DNA of 64,000 bases from an uncultured bacterium (GTDB lineage Bacteria; Eisenbacteria; RBG-16-71-46; CAZAMP01): the NCBI GenBank assembly GCA_964486455.1, contig CAZAMP010000007.1, forward strand, positions 18,280-82,279, read 5' to 3'. Positions 28,921 to 38,541 of this stretch are shown here, piece by piece. How positions within the stretch are numbered: position 1 is the stretch's first letter; each line of letters opens with the position of its first letter. The position numbers and the translations under genes were made by a program. Below the pieces are notes generated by a model that had not been told where the DNA came from, searched no databases, and was given only the letters and a program-made list of their open reading frames with translations.

Positions 28921-30990
28921 CTAGTTCACGCGAACGATCTTGCCCGACTCCTCATACCCGGGACCGCTGAGACGGAATACGTACACACCCGCCGGCATCG
29001 CGATGCCGCGATCGTCGGTCCCGTCCCAGCTGACACTTCCAGCCCCGGCGTCGAGCTTCCCGCTGAACAGAGTGCGCACCAGTGCGCCGTTCGGCGAGAA
29101 GACACGGATGGTCGCCTCACCCGCGGACGGCACTGAATAGCCCACGACCGACGACGATCGGAACGGATTCGGAGTGGCCACCAGGAACAGCGTTGCAGGC
29201 GCGATGCTCGGGCCCTCGACGCTCACGACACCTGTCGGATCGGTCGTCGTGAACCTGATGGCTCGGCCATCGACGAGGCCGTGCGCGCCGCCGTTCAACA
29301 CGCCGTTGTAGACGTACTCGAGCCCGATCGTCCCCGTGTTGTTCTCCATTCCCACGCTGCATTGATCCGGGAGACTCACGGTTTTGTATTGAACGATGAT
29401 CTCTCCGTCACCCGTGGGCGTGGGATAGTGGGCAGGGTCAAAGAAAATGAACTGGAACGTCTCGGGAAGTCCCTCGTCGTTGGGATCGGCATGCTCCACG
29501 CCGCTGAACTCGATGACGAACCGGTCGTTCGCTTCGTCGAAGTACGTGTAGACCTGGCCACTTCCCTCGGCGGTTGGGTTCAGGTCGGCCCAGAACCCGG
29601 CAACGATTCGATTCGGGCCCTCCGAATTGGGGAACCCCGTGTTGGGAATGCCCAAGCCGCCTACGATTCCCATGCCGACGAAGCCGTTCGAGTGGAGCGT
29701 GATCCGATTGAAGGAGTCCCCGTAGTAGCTGAAGTCGAAGGGGAGAAATGGCGCGGCTCCTTGATTGTCGCCCAGCGTGACCAAGTCGCCGGATCCGCCC
29801 AGGTTCGGATCGATCTCGATCCAGTCGTACACAGGTGCGGTCGGATAGTCGTCCACATCTTCATAGGCGTAGTAGCCGTAGGCATCGTGACCGATCGGGT
29901 GTCCGGGCGATCCGGAGCGTACGAAGATGTGAAAGTCGTCCTGATATGCGCGGCCGTTTGCGTTCACGGTCAGCGTGATCTCGGCCTTGTATCCCCACGG
30001 CGCCGACTCGACAAATGAAACGGTGAACGGGTCGGCACTGTTCTCCCCGCTACCGCCTGACGGAATGTCGGGCCAGCTTCCGGACGCATCCTCAATGGTC
30101 AGGTACTCGTCATCGGTCGTGAGCGTGCCGGTGATGTCCGTTCCGGGTCCGATGTTGAGATTGGAGAGCAGCAGTGTGATCTCGGCGGATTCCCCGGGGT
30201 CGAAATAGCCGTTGCCGTCTCCTCCGGCGGAGTCGTCCACCGATTGGCCATCCACGACAAACTGCGGATCGTCCAACCTGAAGTAGACGCGACCCGCTTG
30301 GTACACCTCTTTGGTGTTGTCGTTTTGGATGAACACAACGCACTGCAGCTCATCCTCGACCCACTCCGGATGATAGGTGAATGTCTCCGTCCGTATCTCC
30401 GGCACACCCGGCGCGAAGGTGGTCTCTTCGCCATACACATCGGGGAAGAAGTCACGCATCGTGTGGTTTTGTGGGTTGTCGTTGTATACGAGCCCGTCCT
30501 CCAGGATCACGAAGTGCAGCGTTCCGGTTACCGGCGTGCCTGTGTCGTTCGTGATCTCGGCGGTGATCGTGCCCGTCGTGTCGGTCAACATCTCACCTGT
30601 GACGATCAGCTCGAGCGGGCTCTCGACTTCATAGCGACTGAGCATCATCGATTCCCAGGGGAGACTGTGCTCGCCGTCGATGATGCCGTCGATGTAGACG
30701 TGCGGGGTGTAGTCCGCGCCGTAGTACTCAACTCGGTGAGTGTTCTCGTCGACGTTGTGCAGATAGTAGGGGTCTGAGCTACTCGGCCACCACGCGTGGT
30801 AGCTCAGGACGATCGTTTCGCGCGGATAGGCTTCTGCGATTCCGTCCAGCACACGGCTGGATGCGACGCAGCCGCCTCACGCCACGTTGGTCATGTACTC
30901 GATGAGAACCATGCGCTGCGCGGCCCCGGCCGACATGGCTGTCGCGGCAAGGAGCGCGAGGGAGAGCCCGATGACGATGTGGCGATTCAT
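28921..30990 (-). CDS. T9SS-type cargo protein with N-terminal thioredoxin-fold U/CxxC module; reading frame interrupted by an in-frame TGA at 30877-30879 (candidate selenocysteine, or pseudogene)
   Basis: Strong RBS GGAGGAGG and ATG at 30990. Signal peptide MNRHIVIGLSLALLAATAMSAGA, then beta-strand MVLIEY, then TGA-GGC-GGC-TGC (U-G-G-C). The next 643 aa stay in frame and end in the shared sorting domain IRVFSPNGALVRTLF...VSWDGTDDRGIAMPAGVYVFRL. Confidence 0.5.
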
Positions 30991-31150
30991 TGGTGGACCT
31001 CCTCCAGGTAGCTACCCTAAGGGGAATACTCCGATCCGGATGTCATATTATCTCACGCCCGCCAATCGTGGACAACTCCGCCCCAGTGACCCGTGCAGAC
31101 CGTGTGGGCGACTCTTAACAGAAAATGCCGAGCCCAAGCGTTGTCGCTTA

Positions 31151-31450
31151 CGTCCGCCGAGGGCTGGAGACCGAAGGCTCGACACCGAAGGACGAAAGCG
31201 CAGGGCGGACGGTTGAATGCAGGTGGCTGAGTCGGCTCAAGCAAGCAAGTGCGCCTCCGAGCCCTACGTCAACGAGCGAAGCACCGGGCGACATGCCTCG
31301 CCCCGACCACACCCTCCTGCCGCGCGAGGGTGGCCGGTTTTCCGAAAGGCGACTTCGCAGGAGCGAGGCGAAGATCACCCGCCGAGGGCTTGCGGCCGGA
31401 GGCTCTGCGCCGAAGGCGCAAGGGCGACGGTGGAAAGCCCTCGGTGGGAA
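31151..31450 (+). other. Candidate structured RNA / repeat-containing intergenic element
   Basis: Part of a 560-bp intergenic region between co-directional genes. Purine-rich top strand. CCGCCGAGGGCU occurs twice (31154, 31378). A 13-bp helix CCCGCCGAGGGCU/AGCCCUCGGUGGG encloses GCGCC-GAA-GGCGC. Several GNRA/GAA-capped hairpins. No plausible ORF. Confidence 0.25.
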
Positions 31451-31552
31451 GCTGAGCCGAGCGGGCGAGGAGCCGACGGAAGGTCGGCCATCCTCGCGCG
31501 GCACACGGACGCGTGGACCGGCTAGAAGCAAGACGTCCGGGGAAGAGCGAGG

Positions 31553-33343
31553 CTAGTTGAGATAGAGCGTTAAGCGATCCCCGGGATGGATCAGCGACGA
31601 ACGACTCCCCATCCCGTTCCACTGGCGGATGTTTCGCACCGTGGTCCCGTAACGCGACGCGATGTCCCACAACGTCTCGCCATGCGCGACGCGATGCACG
31701 ACCGCCTCGCCCACCGAGAGCGTACGAACGGTGAGCTTCTGCCCGGGCCGAAGCAGGTTCTTCCCGCCGAGCTGCCCGTTGAGGGAGCGAAGCGTGGTGA
31801 CCGTGAGGCCGTACTGCCGCGCAATCGACCACAAGCTCTCGCCGCGGCGGACCGTGTGAGACAGGAGACCACCCGGCTCAGGAGAGGAGCTTCGGGTCGG
31901 CTTGGCCTTCGCCGGCGCCGGCGCCGGGCCGCCCGCGAAGAGCGTGAGCGTCTGGCCGGCACGCACACGATGCGCGTTCGGGATGTCATTCCACTGCTGG
32001 ATGGCACGAACCGACGTTCCGTAGCGCCGTGCGATCGAACTCAACGATTCACCCCGACGGATGCGATGAGTAACCCGTTCCCCTGGCGCGAGAAGCGATG
32101 CGAGCGCATCGCTCGGGTCCCATCGCCCACTCGGAATGAGAACCGTCTTCCCTTGGCGGATCATCGTCCGCCGACCCATGCCGTTCGCCTGCTGAATCGC
32201 GGAGACCGTGGTCCCGTAGCGCATGGCGAGATGCGAGAGCGTCTCCCCGCGCCCAACGACGTGACGCTGGTAAAGCATGCGATCCTCAGGCGGGATCGCC
32301 GCCAACGCCGTGGCGAACTGCTCCTTCGAGCCGGTTGGGATTCGAATCTCATACGGATGATGCCCGGGGGGCGTCTGAGACGCGAGGAGCGCCGGATTGA
32401 GCGCGCGAATGACGCTGGACGGCACGCTTGCGCACTCGGCGATCACGTCGACGTGCGTCACGCTTTCGACCTCGATCGTATCGTACTCGATTGGATCGTC
32501 CGGATGGAACTCGAGCCCAAAGTCATCAGGCTGCTTCGAGAGGATGATCGCGGCCAGGATGGCCGGAACGTAGTTGCGGGTCTCGCGCCGGAGCATCCGC
32601 GTGCGCGCGAGTTTCCAGAAGTCGTCCGTGCCGGCGCGACGCAAGCCGCGCTTCACTTTGCCCTCACCGGCGTTGTATGCCGCCATGGCGAGGTGCCAGT
32701 CGTCGAACAGCTCGTAGAGGTCCTTCAGGTAGTGCGCAGCAGCCCGCGTTGAGCGCTCCGGATCGAGCCGTTCATCCACGTAGGAGTTGCAGAGAAGTCC
32801 GTATCGTTTCGCCGTGCTGCGAATGAACTGCCACATCCCGATCGCGCCCGCGCGCGATCGGGCGTTGTAGCGATAGGCGCTCTCGACGTGCGCCATGTAC
32901 GCGAGGTCGAGAGGCACGCCCTCCTCGATGAATACTCGCCTAATCATCGGCATCACGAGGCCCGAACGCCGAACGGCGCGCTCGAACCAGCTCGCCTGCT
33001 TGCCGGAGTACCTGTCGATGAAAGTGAGAACGCGATCGTTCATGTCGATCGGGACGTCGAACGTCACGACCTCTTCTTGCGCCTCGAGACGCTCACGCCC
33101 CTTGGCGAGCGAGCTGTCTGGGAGCGTCGGGATGTCTTCCAGCAATGTGTCGAGCGGAGATGCGACCGTGATGAATTCGAAGAGGCTGTCCGGGTGTGTC
33201 GCGAGCGTATCGATCTTACCGACCGGTCCGCCGGCCGACGGCTCGGAACCATCCAAGACATCGGTCGAATGTTGCACGTGCGGTGCACAACCAATCGTAA
33301 GGATGATCGCGGTGAGAGCGCAGAGGCGCCAGCCATTGATCAT
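31553..33343 (-). CDS. mltD: Membrane-bound lytic murein transglycosylase D-like (SLT domain + 4 LysM repeats), lipoprotein
   Basis: Lipobox LTIGC. SLT motif ESAYRYNARSRAGAIGMWQFI. Four LysM repeats (GETLSHLAMRYGTTVSAIQQANG, GESLSSIARRYGTSVRAIQQWN, GESLWSIARQYGLTVTTLRSLN, GETLWDIASRYGTTVRNIRQWN). Confidence 0.8.
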   Translation of the reverse strand: MINGWRLCALTAIILTIGCAPHVQHSTDVLDGSEPSAGGPVGKIDTLATHPDSLFEFITVASPLDTLLEDIPTLPDSSLAKGRERLEAQEEVVTFDVPIDMNDRVLTFIDRYSGKQASWFERAVRRSGLVMPMIRRVFIEEGVPLDLAYMAHVESAYRYNARSRAGAIGMWQFIRSTAKRYGLLCNSYVDERLDPERSTRAAAHYLKDLYELFDDWHLAMAAYNAGEGKVKRGLRRAGTDDFWKLARTRMLRRETRNYVPAILAAIILSKQPDDFGLEFHPDDPIEYDTIEVESVTHVDVIAECASVPSSVIRALNPALLASQTPPGHHPYEIRIPTGSKEQFATALAAIPPEDRMLYQRHVVGRGETLSHLAMRYGTTVSAIQQANGMGRRTMIRQGKTVLIPSGRWDPSDALASLLAPGERVTHRIRRGESLSSIARRYGTSVRAIQQWNDIPNAHRVRAGQTLTLFAGGPAPAPAKAKPTRSSSPEPGGLLSHTVRRGESLWSIARQYGLTVTTLRSLNGQLGGKNLLRPGQKLTVRTLSVGEAVVHRVAHGETLWDIASRYGTTVRNIRQWNGMGSRSSLIHPGDRLTLYLN

Positions 33344-33387
33344 GGACTCACTCCATGGAACCCACGCGGCCCGGGATCAGACACGGG

Positions 33388-33417
33388 AAGCGCGGAGAGT
33401 ACTTAGGGGTTTTCTCT
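33388..33417 (-). promoter_or_regulatory. Candidate promoter for mltD (TTGACA-17-TACTCT on minus strand)
   Basis: Perfect -35 (plus-strand tgtcaa at 33411-33416), 17-nt spacer, weak -10, about 45 nt upstream of the ATG. Confidence 0.3.
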
Positions 33418-33686
33418 CTGTCAAGCCGACGTCGTCGCGAGGCAAGACCGGCGATTTCACTACTCCTCAGTCTCGGCCGCCGGTTGAGCGTTGCTTAGCC
33501 GTCGGCACGGGCTGAGTTCAGCCACCTCTCACAAATGGCTGAAAACACGCAAAAAAGCGAAATCCCCACCGTGCGGGTAGGGATGATTCGTATGTCGTTC
33601 TTTTCGCTGGGCTCAACTTCACTGCCAACCGGTTGTCGTGGAGAGACGACACTCGCAGTCGAACATCACACACTGACTGGCGGAAT

Positions 33687-34070
33687 CTAGTGCGCGTAGT
33701 CCATGGGATCCACGCCGACTTGTGGCTCGGCGTGCACATCCCGGCCGGGATCGAACGCGAGCTCCTCGAGCTTCCGCTCGTAGGCGTTCATGATCGTCTC
33801 CTCGAGATACCGCCGGTAGGAGCGGTTGATCGGGTGGCAGACGTCTGTGTGTTGCCCGGAGGGATTCCGTCGGGTCGGCATGGCGACGAATGTCTTGCCG
33901 GCGGCGTGGATGATCTTCACGCCATGGACGACAAAGTTGTCCTCGAACACCACCGTGATGAATGCCTTCAGTCTGTCCTCACTGACTGGCTGGACGTTAA
34001 CCTCGGTGATTGCCGGTCGATACGTCGTCACGACCGCTCCCCTTTCGCTCCCCGACCAGTCCGAACTCAT
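33687..34070 (-). CDS. spoVG: SpoVG family protein
   Basis: Strong match to the SpoVG core: KAFITVVFEDNFVVHGVKIIHAAGKTFVAMPTRRNPSGQHTDVCHPINRSYRRYLEETI. The start may be the downstream GTG (VTTYRP). Confidence 0.8.
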   Translation of the reverse strand: MSSDWSGSERGAVVTTYRPAITEVNVQPVSEDRLKAFITVVFEDNFVVHGVKIIHAAGKTFVAMPTRRNPSGQHTDVCHPINRSYRRYLEETIMNAYERKLEELAFDPGRDVHAEPQVGVDPMDYAH

Positions 34071-34304
34071 CCCTCATTCCTTTCGTAGCGTTCAACCATC
34101 TCGCTGTCACAGCCGCTCGGGTCGCGGAAACCATCATTGCCTGCCATGCAAGCCGTTACCAGTAGATGCTCTACATTGGTTAGGCTATACTGACACAATC
34201 AGAAAGTCAATCCGCAATCGAATGCACTATTGGGCGTCTAACGCCATCCACATTCGGCATTCGATCCACCGTTCGACATCCAGATTCATACTGCAGCCTG
34301 GAGG

Positions 34305-34733
34305 GTGCCAATGAAGTACCGCTCGCTCGGACCGAACCACTATCTCATCCGTCTCCTCAAAGGAGAAGCGGTCGCGGCCACCCTCATTCGGTTTGCACAA
34401 GAACACGAAATCAGCTCCGGTCAGGTTACGGCAATTGGCGCACTTGAGAATACCGAGCTTGGGTTCTTCGATCGCGACGAGAAGAAGTACCTCACCAAAC
34501 GCTTTCCTGACGTTAACGAGCTCATCTCGCTCGTGGGCACCGTCCCATGGGTGGACGGTTCCCCGTTCTTTCACCTTCATGCGTGTCTTGGCGGGCGTGA
34601 CTACGAGGCGGTCTGCGGGCATTTCATCGAGGCGACGGTCGCCATCACGGTCGAGGTTACGCTGATTGCCACGGATGTGCGCGTCGAGCGAGCGCTTGAT
34701 GAGGACATCGGGTTGAATCTGCTCGACATCTAG
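34305..34733 (+). CDS. PPC/DUF296 domain protein (putative DNA-binding)
   Basis: RBS ggaggg. DUF296-like pattern: HYLIRLLKGEAVAATLIRFAQEHEISSGQVTAIGAL...FFHLHACLGGRDYEAVCGHFIEATVAITVEVTL. Confidence 0.6.
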   Translation: MPMKYRSLGPNHYLIRLLKGEAVAATLIRFAQEHEISSGQVTAIGALENTELGFFDRDEKKYLTKRFPDVNELISLVGTVPWVDGSPFFHLHACLGGRDYEAVCGHFIEATVAITVEVTLIATDVRVERALDEDIGLNLLDI

Positions 34734-35102
34734 CCTCGGAGACGCGGCGGGCCGTCGAACACACGTCACGCCGTCGGCGGGTCGACACCCACGCGGTGGC
34801 CCCATTGCCTGAAACCCCGCATGGACGCGCAAGTTCCGGTCGTCCGGTCCGCCGCACACGGTGGCACGTGACCTGCACTGTATGCGGATGCCGTGCGGGA
34901 GCGTGGTTGCCGCCTCGCGAGCCCGCTTCCGCGCGGCGCCCCCTCAAGCAACCTCAGGACATACCTCAGGCGTCCCGCGTACGAAGCCGGCCTCCGTCCG
35001 GGAGTTCCACTTTCACAGATCCGCCGGAGTCCGTATAATCCGAGTAACCCACTCGTCCCTTATCCCGTGCTTACCGGACAACAGTGAAGATTGGAGGCCT
35101 GC

Positions 35103-36842
35103 ATGGCGTCTCGGAAGGCGAACGTCCGCCTTACAAGACGAGTATATGCCTGGGGTATCCTGAGCCTATTGCTGTCATCGGTCATCTGGGGATGCGAAAA
35201 GAACCCAACATCCGCCCCGGTTGAACCGCTACCGCCGAGCGGTCTATTCATCGAGTACGCATGGTCCGACAGTGTTCGCCTCTGGTGGCTACATGACACG
35301 CCGGGGGCGGAGGGCTTCGAGGTCGGCATTCGGCCCGAAGGCGAAGGGGTGGAGACCATCGAACTGTCCGCCGGCGCACGAACGTTTCTCGGCGACGGGA
35401 TCGACACTACCAAGGCCACGCGCTTTCGCGTGCGCGCGAGCTACGGTGATGAATTCAGCGGCTACGCGGAACCCGCGGTCGTGGATCCCGACATACTTCG
35501 CCCCAATTCGTTCTTCGTCCGATCGGTGAACGATTCAGTCGAGCTGAGCTGGAACCCGCCAGACTACACGCAGTTCGACGGCTTCATCTACCACCGTATC
35601 CTCCAGCATGGCGCGAGTTGGGAAATGAATGAAACTGTCGAGTTCGACGCCACCGGCTGGGAGCGGATCAACCGATACGACGAGACCGCGCCTGACGGAG
35701 AGGCTCCGGGCGACCGTCTCGCCTACGTACTGAGCACACGGTGGGGCGACTACAACTCGGCGCCACTTCGGTCCGATGATCTAGTCTGGTCGCTGCCGGC
35801 GCTTCAGGATCACATGACGGGCGGCGTGAGGGAGCACGATGCAGGACGTCTCGCCTTCTTCGATGACATTTCCCACGTCGTCATCGTGACGGAGACCGCC
35901 GCGAGCACGCGGCTACAGGTCCTCGAGGTGCGGACCGCGCATCCGTTCTGGACGGAAGTGGCCCGAATCGAGGGCGACAACGGCAGGCAGGCCGGCTGTC
36001 TCGTGGACGAAGACCTCCTGATCGTCGCCCACGGCGCGGCCTCCGGTGACAGCACCGCATTCATCACCTACTCTCTTCCGCACTTGACCTCTCTCTGGGA
36101 AGCCGACACGGACGGAGTCGTCGCCGACGTCTGGAACGCGCACACGCCGGGCACGGTCGCGGTGATCGAGAACGACGCGTCTCTGGTGCGGATCTTTGAT
36201 CCGACCGACGGTAGCAGGACGCAAGCGATCGAGTTCGACAATCCGGTCGCGTCGCTCGCGTTCATCCCTCCCTCTCGTGACCGGCTGGCCCTCGCGGAGT
36301 ACCGCGACACGCAGATAGACACCGAGTGCAGGGTCGTTCTCAAGGAAAGCTCGGATGGGACTACTCTCTGGGAATCCGAATGGACCCCCTACGCGCCGCT
36401 TCTCGGGCGGGAAGGTCTCGTCGTCTCACCCACGGGTGCATTCATCGCGATGACGGTCGAGCGACGGACGGTCGTCACCGAGTCGGATATGTCGGTTCAG
36501 ATCTTCCGCACCGAAACGGGCGAGTCGATCGGAACGGTTCCCGGTCGCGCATTGACCTTCCGCACGGACGGGAGCACTCTTATCGTCATCGACCCGGACC
36601 GAGGTAACCTTGCCGCCTACTCGATTTCGGCGGACAGGATCTCCGCTCCTGAGTCGTTCGGACGCCCCAACACGCAGGGAGGTGTAATACCCGCTGGGGA
36701 GAACACTCTCTGGACGATGCACTCCGACGGATGGCTGCGCAAATGGACTCTCGAGAGAACATGGACGCAGTCGTTCGCGGTCAAGGGGCTGATGCCGTCG
36801 GAGGCAGACGTGCCACGCTCTTGGATAGAGGGACTCCAATGA
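35103..36842 (+). CDS. Hypothetical lipoprotein (FN3-like + beta-propeller-like regions)
   Basis: RBS ggagg 5 nt before ATG. Lipobox SSVIWGC. FN3-like segment (PSGLFIEYAWSDSVRLWWLH...GFEVGIRPEG). No catalytic motif. Confidence 0.5.
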   Translation: MASRKANVRLTRRVYAWGILSLLLSSVIWGCEKNPTSAPVEPLPPSGLFIEYAWSDSVRLWWLHDTPGAEGFEVGIRPEGEGVETIELSAGARTFLGDGIDTTKATRFRVRASYGDEFSGYAEPAVVDPDILRPNSFFVRSVNDSVELSWNPPDYTQFDGFIYHRILQHGASWEMNETVEFDATGWERINRYDETAPDGEAPGDRLAYVLSTRWGDYNSAPLRSDDLVWSLPALQDHMTGGVREHDAGRLAFFDDISHVVIVTETAASTRLQVLEVRTAHPFWTEVARIEGDNGRQAGCLVDEDLLIVAHGAASGDSTAFITYSLPHLTSLWEADTDGVVADVWNAHTPGTVAVIENDASLVRIFDPTDGSRTQAIEFDNPVASLAFIPPSRDRLALAEYRDTQIDTECRVVLKESSDGTTLWESEWTPYAPLLGREGLVVSPTGAFIAMTVERRTVVTESDMSVQIFRTETGESIGTVPGRALTFRTDGSTLIVIDPDRGNLAAYSISADRISAPESFGRPNTQGGVIPAGENTLWTMHSDGWLRKWTLERTWTQSFAVKGLMPSEADVPRSWIEGLQ

Positions 36843-38473
36843 AACGAATCGATACGCGACTTCCCGTCGCCGGCCTTGCCGCCGTCCTCGCGGTGACAGG
36901 GTGCACGACGGATGGAACCATCACCATCGAGAATCAGACGTCCACCGAGTTCGTTGGAACGTTCGGCAATCGCGGCGTCGCCCTGTCGAGTTTCGAGTAC
37001 ATCACCTTCAACCAGAAGATCGGAACGCGGTTCTTGCTCTTCGGACCGGACGAGAAAGAGGTCATTCTCTCGGGAGAAGGATGCACGCGAACCCCGATCT
37101 CCGTCCTGATCACGCTCAAGAACAGCAGCGAGGTCCGCTACGCCATCAAGCCCGACGCGGTCTGTCTTTCCGTCGCGAACAACGGGGTCTTCATCGTCGA
37201 CGCGGTCTACTTACGGCAAAGCGGCACGAGCGATTGGGGCGAGAACCGACTGTCGGGGCTCCTTCCCCAGCAATCCAGCACATCTTGGCGGATTGCACCC
37301 GGGCTGTACGACTTCCTCGTAACGGACACCAGCGGGGATTCTACGATCGTCGTTCCCGAGTGGATCGAAGTTCCCATCTTCGACGGTCCCGACACGACTT
37401 GGCGGTCCCAGATGGACACGTTGTTCGCCGGCCGGGTCGAGTTCGTCGTTCACCCCGAGGATGATGATCCCGACGTCACGGAGATCGGATACGTCGAGGG
37501 AACTACGGACGTCGTGGGGCAGATCGACTTCGGTGATGTCAGAGTGATCGTCAAGGACGCCGTCACCGAAGACCGGGTACACAGCGTCGCGGTCGGATAC
37601 TTCTTCGGCTACGGCTACGACGTGTTCATCGCCACACCCGGCGGTGGTCACCTCCCGCGGGTTGTCATCCGCGACCTGAGCGCGCTTCGCGGCATCAAGA
37701 CGCTGCCGGACCAAACCGTGGAGATCGCGCTGACACCCGTGCTGGGCGGGGCCTCGGACTACGTCGTCGAGCCCGTGGACGGAGCGGATCTCGCAGCCTG
37801 GAATCGATTCCTCCGTGAAACCTGCGCGACCATCCGATGCTTCCCCAGCGGATCCGACAGCCTGCTCTTCTATCAGGGCACGTTCGAGGCCTCGACCGTT
37901 TTCGTCGACGGTCCGAGCTGCGATCGAAAAGCCGCCCTCATGCTCCCCGGGGATGAGGCCGGCTCGATCGAGTCCTATCTTGCCTACTTCACGGAAGCGT
38001 CCGCGGCGTCGATGTGGAACGACACGCTCGAGGAAATCGTGACCGGCTCGGAGAGCGGCCCGAACCTCGATCTCTTCGCCTTCGACGACGTGACGTGCGC
38101 CTCGCTGGAGATCGCCGTCGCCAGCACACCGCCCACGCTCGAAGACCCCTCCATCGACGTACAGACTCAATCCGTAACGTTCAGCGTGAGCGGAAGCGAC
38201 GAGATGGATTACCCGTGGTTCTTCGACATCACCGATCCCACCGTTTCGTGCGCGGACAGCGTGTCGGGGCTGGACCTTCTCTATCTCGTCTCCGTGCAGG
38301 AAGAGCTGGGCGTCATCGAGCCCGACACGCTCGGCAGGAATCACGGCGGTGAGATCGACAGCACGTTCACGTTCACACCCGGCTCGTACTCGGCCATGTT
38401 TCAGGTGATCGACGACACGGGTGTAAATGTGGATGCGACGGAGTGGATTCCGTTCGAGGTCCCCGGGCGGTAG
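36839..38473 (+). CDS. Hypothetical lipoprotein
   Basis: ATGA overlap with the upstream stop. Signal peptide + lipobox LAVTGC. Acidic beta-rich body. Confidence 0.5.
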   Translation: MKRIDTRLPVAGLAAVLAVTGCTTDGTITIENQTSTEFVGTFGNRGVALSSFEYITFNQKIGTRFLLFGPDEKEVILSGEGCTRTPISVLITLKNSSEVRYAIKPDAVCLSVANNGVFIVDAVYLRQSGTSDWGENRLSGLLPQQSSTSWRIAPGLYDFLVTDTSGDSTIVVPEWIEVPIFDGPDTTWRSQMDTLFAGRVEFVVHPEDDDPDVTEIGYVEGTTDVVGQIDFGDVRVIVKDAVTEDRVHSVAVGYFFGYGYDVFIATPGGGHLPRVVIRDLSALRGIKTLPDQTVEIALTPVLGGASDYVVEPVDGADLAAWNRFLRETCATIRCFPSGSDSLLFYQGTFEASTVFVDGPSCDRKAALMLPGDEAGSIESYLAYFTEASAASMWNDTLEEIVTGSESGPNLDLFAFDDVTCASLEIAVASTPPTLEDPSIDVQTQSVTFSVSGSDEMDYPWFFDITDPTVSCADSVSGLDLLYLVSVQEELGVIEPDTLGRNHGGEIDSTFTFTPGSYSAMFQVIDDTGVNVDATEWIPFEVPGR

Positions 38474-38541
38474 AGATCGATCGTTCGACGTCGAAGATCG
38501 ATGCGTCCGCCCGGGTCATGATGTCAGCGATGGACGCGGGG

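Noticed and set aside
30852-30990. Frameshift explanation for the split between the signal-peptide ORF and the 643-aa ORF
   Set aside because: Both parts are in the same frame (30990 and 30852 are both 0 mod 3). The interruption is a single in-frame TGA, not an indel.
30991-31552. RNase P RNA, tmRNA, SRP RNA or group II intron identity for the structured intergenic region
   Set aside because: The conserved signatures are absent. There is no GGAAAGUCCGGGCUCC / ACAGAACCCGGCUUA, no tRNA-like 3' end, and no AGGUCCGGAAGGAAGCAGC. A GUGCG plus domain-V-like pair is too closely spaced for an intron. It is left as an unclassified candidate.
31125-31556. 143-aa ORF (and overlapping 127/102-aa ORFs) inside the 560-bp intergenic region
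   Set aside because: No RBS. Composition is R/G/P/S/A-rich with no hydrophobic core. Every frame is open because of the purine-rich GC bias. The region is better interpreted as non-coding RNA or repeat.
37211-38344. 377-aa ORF antisense to the 36839-38473 lipoprotein gene
   Set aside because: Shadow ORF. The sense gene has a signal peptide/lipobox and translational coupling.
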